Below are positions 33,087 through 35,993 of a stretch of 35,993 nt of DNA, piece by piece; position 1 is the first letter of the stretch; every line of letters starts with the position of its first letter. Origin of the DNA: a virus (taxonomy: Duplodnaviria > Caudoviricetes); IMG/VR virus record IMGVR_UViG_3300031452_000013, positions 1-35,993 of that record; one strand, 5' to 3'. The notes under the pieces were generated by a model. The model was not told where the DNA came from and searched no databases. It worked only from the letters and a program-made list of their open reading frames with translations. Made by a program: the position numbers and the translations under genes.

Positions 33087-34490
33087 GTGACCACTGCCCT
33101 ACCCACCCAGATCACCTACGGCACATTCAAGGGCAAGCTCATCGACGCCATCAACACCGGCGCCGGTGAGGTGTCCAGCGCTGTCACGGGCACGGTCACG
33201 GCTACCCCGCAGGTCAAATCGGTGAACATTTCCGCCGCCCTGGTGGTGATGTTGCCCCGCCCCGTTACCGTCACCCTCGATGCCAACGGGGCGTTCACCA
33301 TGCAGCTCGTGGCCACCGACGACCCGGCGCTGAGTGTGCTGAACTGGGCGTACCAGATCAGCTTCCAGCTGACCAACGGTGACGCTCTCGCTCCGTTCCT
33401 GGTGCAGATTCCCGGTGGGGCGGCCGTGGACCTGTCCACCGCGAACCCTGTCTCCACGGGTGGCGGTGTGGCCATCACGCAGGGCAACCCTGGGCCAGCG
33501 GGGCCAATCGGGCCTCCAGGTGTCAACGGCGCGGCTGCCACCACCACGGCAATCGGCGCCGTGCAGCTCGCCGGCGACCTCGCAGGCACTGCTGCAGCCC
33601 CCACGGTGCCAGCGCTGGCAGCGAAACTCTCCACCTTGCTGACAGTCGGCGCAACGCCGAGCACTCCCATCAAGACGCGGGAGATTACAGACCCCAACAG
33701 AACAGCATCCAAATGGCGAGAGGTATTCGACTCGGGATCGTTCAACACCCACCCCGATCCCCAGTGTTTTTTCGGATGGAACGCCGACAAGGCTGCCGGT
33801 GGCGGAGACCCGGCCGAGCCCGCCATTTACATGGGTTTCGAGGCCGACTACTGGGACACGGCCACCACCCGCACCATGGAGTGGTACGTCGGGGTGATCC
33901 GTGCTGACAGTTCGGGTCCGCAGTTCCGCCCGTTTGCTTTCACCGCCGCCCGCGACAGCAACCTCGACCTGTCCGCCTCTGTTCAGGTGGACATCGGGAA
34001 CAACGCAAACAGCAGTACACGGTCCAGTTTCAATGTGGTGGGTAACGGTGTGTCGTTCTTCGCTGTCACCCCCAGTGGTACCTCCTTCGCCAGCGGCCAG
34101 GTGAACGTCCTCGGCGTGACGCCAACCTTCAATATTGGTGACGGCACCGCAGTGGCGGACGTGCAGATCAATCTCAACGCGAAGGCCACGGCCACGTCTT
34201 CCCTGAACTTTTTGTCTGCATCCAGCGGAAAGTGGCGGATATGGACCGGTGCGGGCAACGCTTTCCTCGCGACGTTCGACCTGACCAACAACAAGTACCA
34301 CATGATTCATGACCCTGGGGCAACTCCTGATACCGCTACCACACGGTTCATGGCAACACCACAGTTGAACGGCACACAGCCGACCACAGCGGCCGCCGGA
34401 ACCGCTGCCGCCCTGCCCGCAACCCCGCAGGGGTACTTCCAGATCAAGGACGCCGCCGGGGTGTCACGAAAGGTGCCGTACTATGTCTAG
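33087..34490 (+). CDS. Tail fibre/appendage protein with collagen-like segment
   Basis: TAGGAG RBS; conserved N-term (LDANG.F...L.ATDDP...NW.Y), GNPGPAGPIGPPG, G.VQLAGDLAGTAAAPTV, C-term ALPATPQGY...RKVPYY. Confidence 0.8.
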   Translation: MTTALPTQITYGTFKGKLIDAINTGAGEVSSAVTGTVTATPQVKSVNISAALVVMLPRPVTVTLDANGAFTMQLVATDDPALSVLNWAYQISFQLTNGDALAPFLVQIPGGAAVDLSTANPVSTGGGVAITQGNPGPAGPIGPPGVNGAAATTTAIGAVQLAGDLAGTAAAPTVPALAAKLSTLLTVGATPSTPIKTREITDPNRTASKWREVFDSGSFNTHPDPQCFFGWNADKAAGGGDPAEPAIYMGFEADYWDTATTRTMEWYVGVIRADSSGPQFRPFAFTAARDSNLDLSASVQVDIGNNANSSTRSSFNVVGNGVSFFAVTPSGTSFASGQVNVLGVTPTFNIGDGTAVADVQINLNAKATATSSLNFLSASSGKWRIWTGAGNAFLATFDLTNNKYHMIHDPGATPDTATTRFMATPQLNGTQPTTAAAGTAAALPATPQGYFQIKDAAGVSRKVPYYV

Positions 34491-34680
34491 CCCCCAACAG
34501 GTGACCATCGAGGAGGCGTACAACGAGGCGTGTCAAGCGTTGGGTGAGGTAACCGTCCAGCAACGACTCATGGCGAAAGCCGCGAGCGCGCAAATCGAGG
34601 GGCTGACCGCCGAGCGCGACAGGCTGCTCACCAAGGTCAGCGACAAGAGAGGCAGTTCCGCGGCCACCGCGAACCCCTAA
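34483..34680 (+). CDS. Small coiled-coil protein, possible fibre chaperone
   Basis: AAGGTG RBS; overlaps the fibre stop; heptads. Confidence 0.65.
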   Translation: MSSPQQVTIEEAYNEACQALGEVTVQQRLMAKAASAQIEGLTAERDRLLTKVSDKRGSSAATANP

Positions 34681-34697
34681 CCCCGCCCCTGCTCCCT

Positions 34698-34727
34698 GCC
34701 CCTCGTCTGCCTCGGCAGGCGGGGGGC
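34698..34727 (+). terminator. GC-rich hairpin terminator
   Basis: GCCCCTCGTCTGC-CTCG-GCAGGCGGGGGGC, 13 bp stem including G-U pairs. Confidence 0.6.
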
Positions 34728-34738
34728 CATCATCGTCT

Positions 34739-34855
34739 GTGGGGGTCGCGCTCAGCTCAGTGCCGCTGCCGGTGGGTGTGTACGCCGTGTGGGTGGACAT
34801 CGCCAGCGCCTCGGGCGACCCCGTTCGGCCCTACGACATCCTGACCATCGCTTAG
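34739..34855 (+). pseudogene. C-terminal remnant of a phage structural protein
   Basis: VGVALSSVPLPVGVYAVWVDIASASGDPVRPYDILTIA*; resembles the G.Y.VWV.I....E.PV....LTI ending of actinophage tail-region proteins; lies between two hairpins with no RBS. Confidence 0.45.
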
Positions 34856-34865
34856 GCCCGAACAC

Positions 34866-34895
34866 TGCCCCGTCATCCCGCTGGGGTGGGGGGCA
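34866..34895. terminator. Hairpin between convergent transcription units
   Basis: TGCCCC-G-TCATCCC-GCT-GGGGTGG-GGGGCA. Confidence 0.6.
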
Positions 34896-34904
34896 TTCGT
34901 GCGC

Positions 34905-35417
34905 TCAGAGCCCCAATGCCGCCTGGTATGCCTTCGCCTGGTCCGGCGTCAGCGCACTCGACACCCGCACCAACGCCGACCCCGCCACGTAGTCGTACTC
35001 GGCGAAGGGGAGGGCCTTGTCGACGCTCACGATGTACTCCATGCGTGCTTGAGCGTCCGCGGCCGACCCGAACTGCTCCACCGATCCGCCGAGGTCCACG
35101 TTTCCTGGCATCGTGTCCTGCACCCGCGAGGGGTCAACGCGAGTGTCCGTCCACGACCCCTTCGCTGAGTACTTTCCAGGGCGTCCGAGTAGGTGACTCG
35201 GGTCCGACTCGGCTGTGTAGGTGATCGTCGGGACGACTGGCAGGTGGGCGGCCTGAAACCTGGCGATGACCGACGCCGGAGACTGCGCAGGACTCGCCGC
35301 CGCCGCTGTGGTCGTCACAGGCGTCGCGGTGGGAGTGGTCGCGCTCTGCGTGCTGCCGCCGCACCCGGCCAGCAGCACAGTGAGTGCGGCGACGATCACT
35401 GCGGGTGTTCGCTTCAT
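34905..35417 (-). CDS. Lipoprotein (candidate lysogen-expressed exclusion protein)
   Basis: MKRTPAVIVAALTVLLAG-C lipobox, Thr/Ala linker, DP..LLGRPG.Y..K....D...GGSVE.F....DA..R..YI. Confidence 0.85.
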   Translation of the reverse strand: MKRTPAVIVAALTVLLAGCGGSTQSATTPTATPVTTTAAAASPAQSPASVIARFQAAHLPVVPTITYTAESDPSHLLGRPGKYSAKGSWTDTRVDPSRVQDTMPGNVDLGGSVEQFGSAADAQARMEYIVSVDKALPFAEYDYVAGSALVRVSSALTPDQAKAYQAALGL

Positions 35418-35431
35418 GTGTCCGTCTCTCT

Positions 35432-35992
35432 TCAAGCTGCTCGCCCGAGCCCCTTGCTCAGTCGATCGACGTTCTTCCGCGCTCCCGCGGGGGAGTGCTT
35501 CACGTACAGCGCCGTCGTCACCGGCGATGCATGCCCCATCAGCTCCTGGGTGACCCGGATGTCCCGGCTCAGCGCGAACAGGCGAGTCCCGAAACGATGC
35601 CTCAAGGTGTGCAGCGTGTGCGGTTGGCCGAGCCCGTGCAGGTGCGCGGCCGTAAGTTGGCTGATCCCGTCCGGGGTGAACGGGCGCCCATCAGGTCGGC
35701 GGAACATGGCGCCAGGTTGCCCCATGTACCCGGCCAGGCCCTTACGAATCGGCGCGGGCAAAGGCACGAACCGTTCCCGGTCACCTTTGCCGTGCACAAG
35801 CAGGGTCCACATGCCAGCTTCCTCGGTGACGTCGTAGGTCTGCATGCGGGAAATCTCCCCGGCCCGCAGCCCGCAGTACGCGGCGAGGACGAACCACGTC
35901 CGCAACGGCTCCTGAGCGCACGACAGAGCCACCTTCAGATCCTGCTCGGGGATCGGGCGCGGATGACGGCGGGGGATGCGTGGGCGGGGCAG
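35432..35992 (-). CDS. int: Tyrosine integrase (5' part beyond the window)
   Basis: GLRAGE, VHGKG, HTLRHRFGT, LMGH, TALY catalytic R-K-H-R-H-Y set; frame open to the window edge. Confidence 0.95.
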   Translation of the reverse strand: MPRPRIPRRHPRPIPEQDLKVALSCAQEPLRTWFVLAAYCGLRAGEISRMQTYDVTEEAGMWTLLVHGKGDRERFVPLPAPIRKGLAGYMGQPGAMFRRPDGRPFTPDGISQLTAAHLHGLGQPHTLHTLRHRFGTRLFALSRDIRVTQELMGHASPVTTALYVKHSPAGARKNVDRLSKGLGRAA

Positions 35993-35993
35993 C

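Larger units (their letters stand above)
1..35993. mobile_element. Temperate actinobacterial siphovirus/prophage (HK97-type head), both ends outside the window
   Basis: Continuous phage gene order: early/recombination, replication, packaging, head, tail, lysis, fibre, integrase. No host housekeeping genes seen. Confidence 0.97.

Noticed and set aside
29490-34490. Diversity-generating retroelement targeting tail genes
   Set aside because: No reverse transcriptase and no template/variable repeat pair seen in the window
33087-35993. Tail-fibre shufflon driven by the nearby tyrosine recombinase
   Set aside because: No inverted alternative fibre tips or repeated crossover sites found; the enzyme fits a phage integrase

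Overview
The whole 36 kb window is most of a high-GC temperate actinobacterial siphovirus or prophage with an HK97-type head. The + strand carries, in order: a train of tiny translationally coupled early genes (many Cys/His-rich), a YqaJ/RecE exonuclease with an N-terminal excisionase-like HTH, RecT, HNH, a replication initiator with internal iterons, a RuvC-like resolvase and a putative late regulator followed by a TTGACA promoter. Next come an accessory cassette of small membrane and His-rich genes, HNH, a cos-like region, terminase, portal, protease, capsid, head-tail and tail genes (frameshifting chaperone, tape measure), an M23+DUF1906 endolysin, holin and membrane genes, and a collagen-containing fibre. 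The - strand ends with a lipoprotein and a tyrosine integrase cut by the window edge. The most notable oddities are the HTH-exonuclease fusion, a NUMOD3-like His-rich peptide, an H-type pseudoknot after the capsid gene, an SD-sequestering capsid leader, two in-frame internal starts in the endolysin, and an integrase layout suggesting integration-dependent immunity. All family calls are from motif recognition by eye; no database searches were run.
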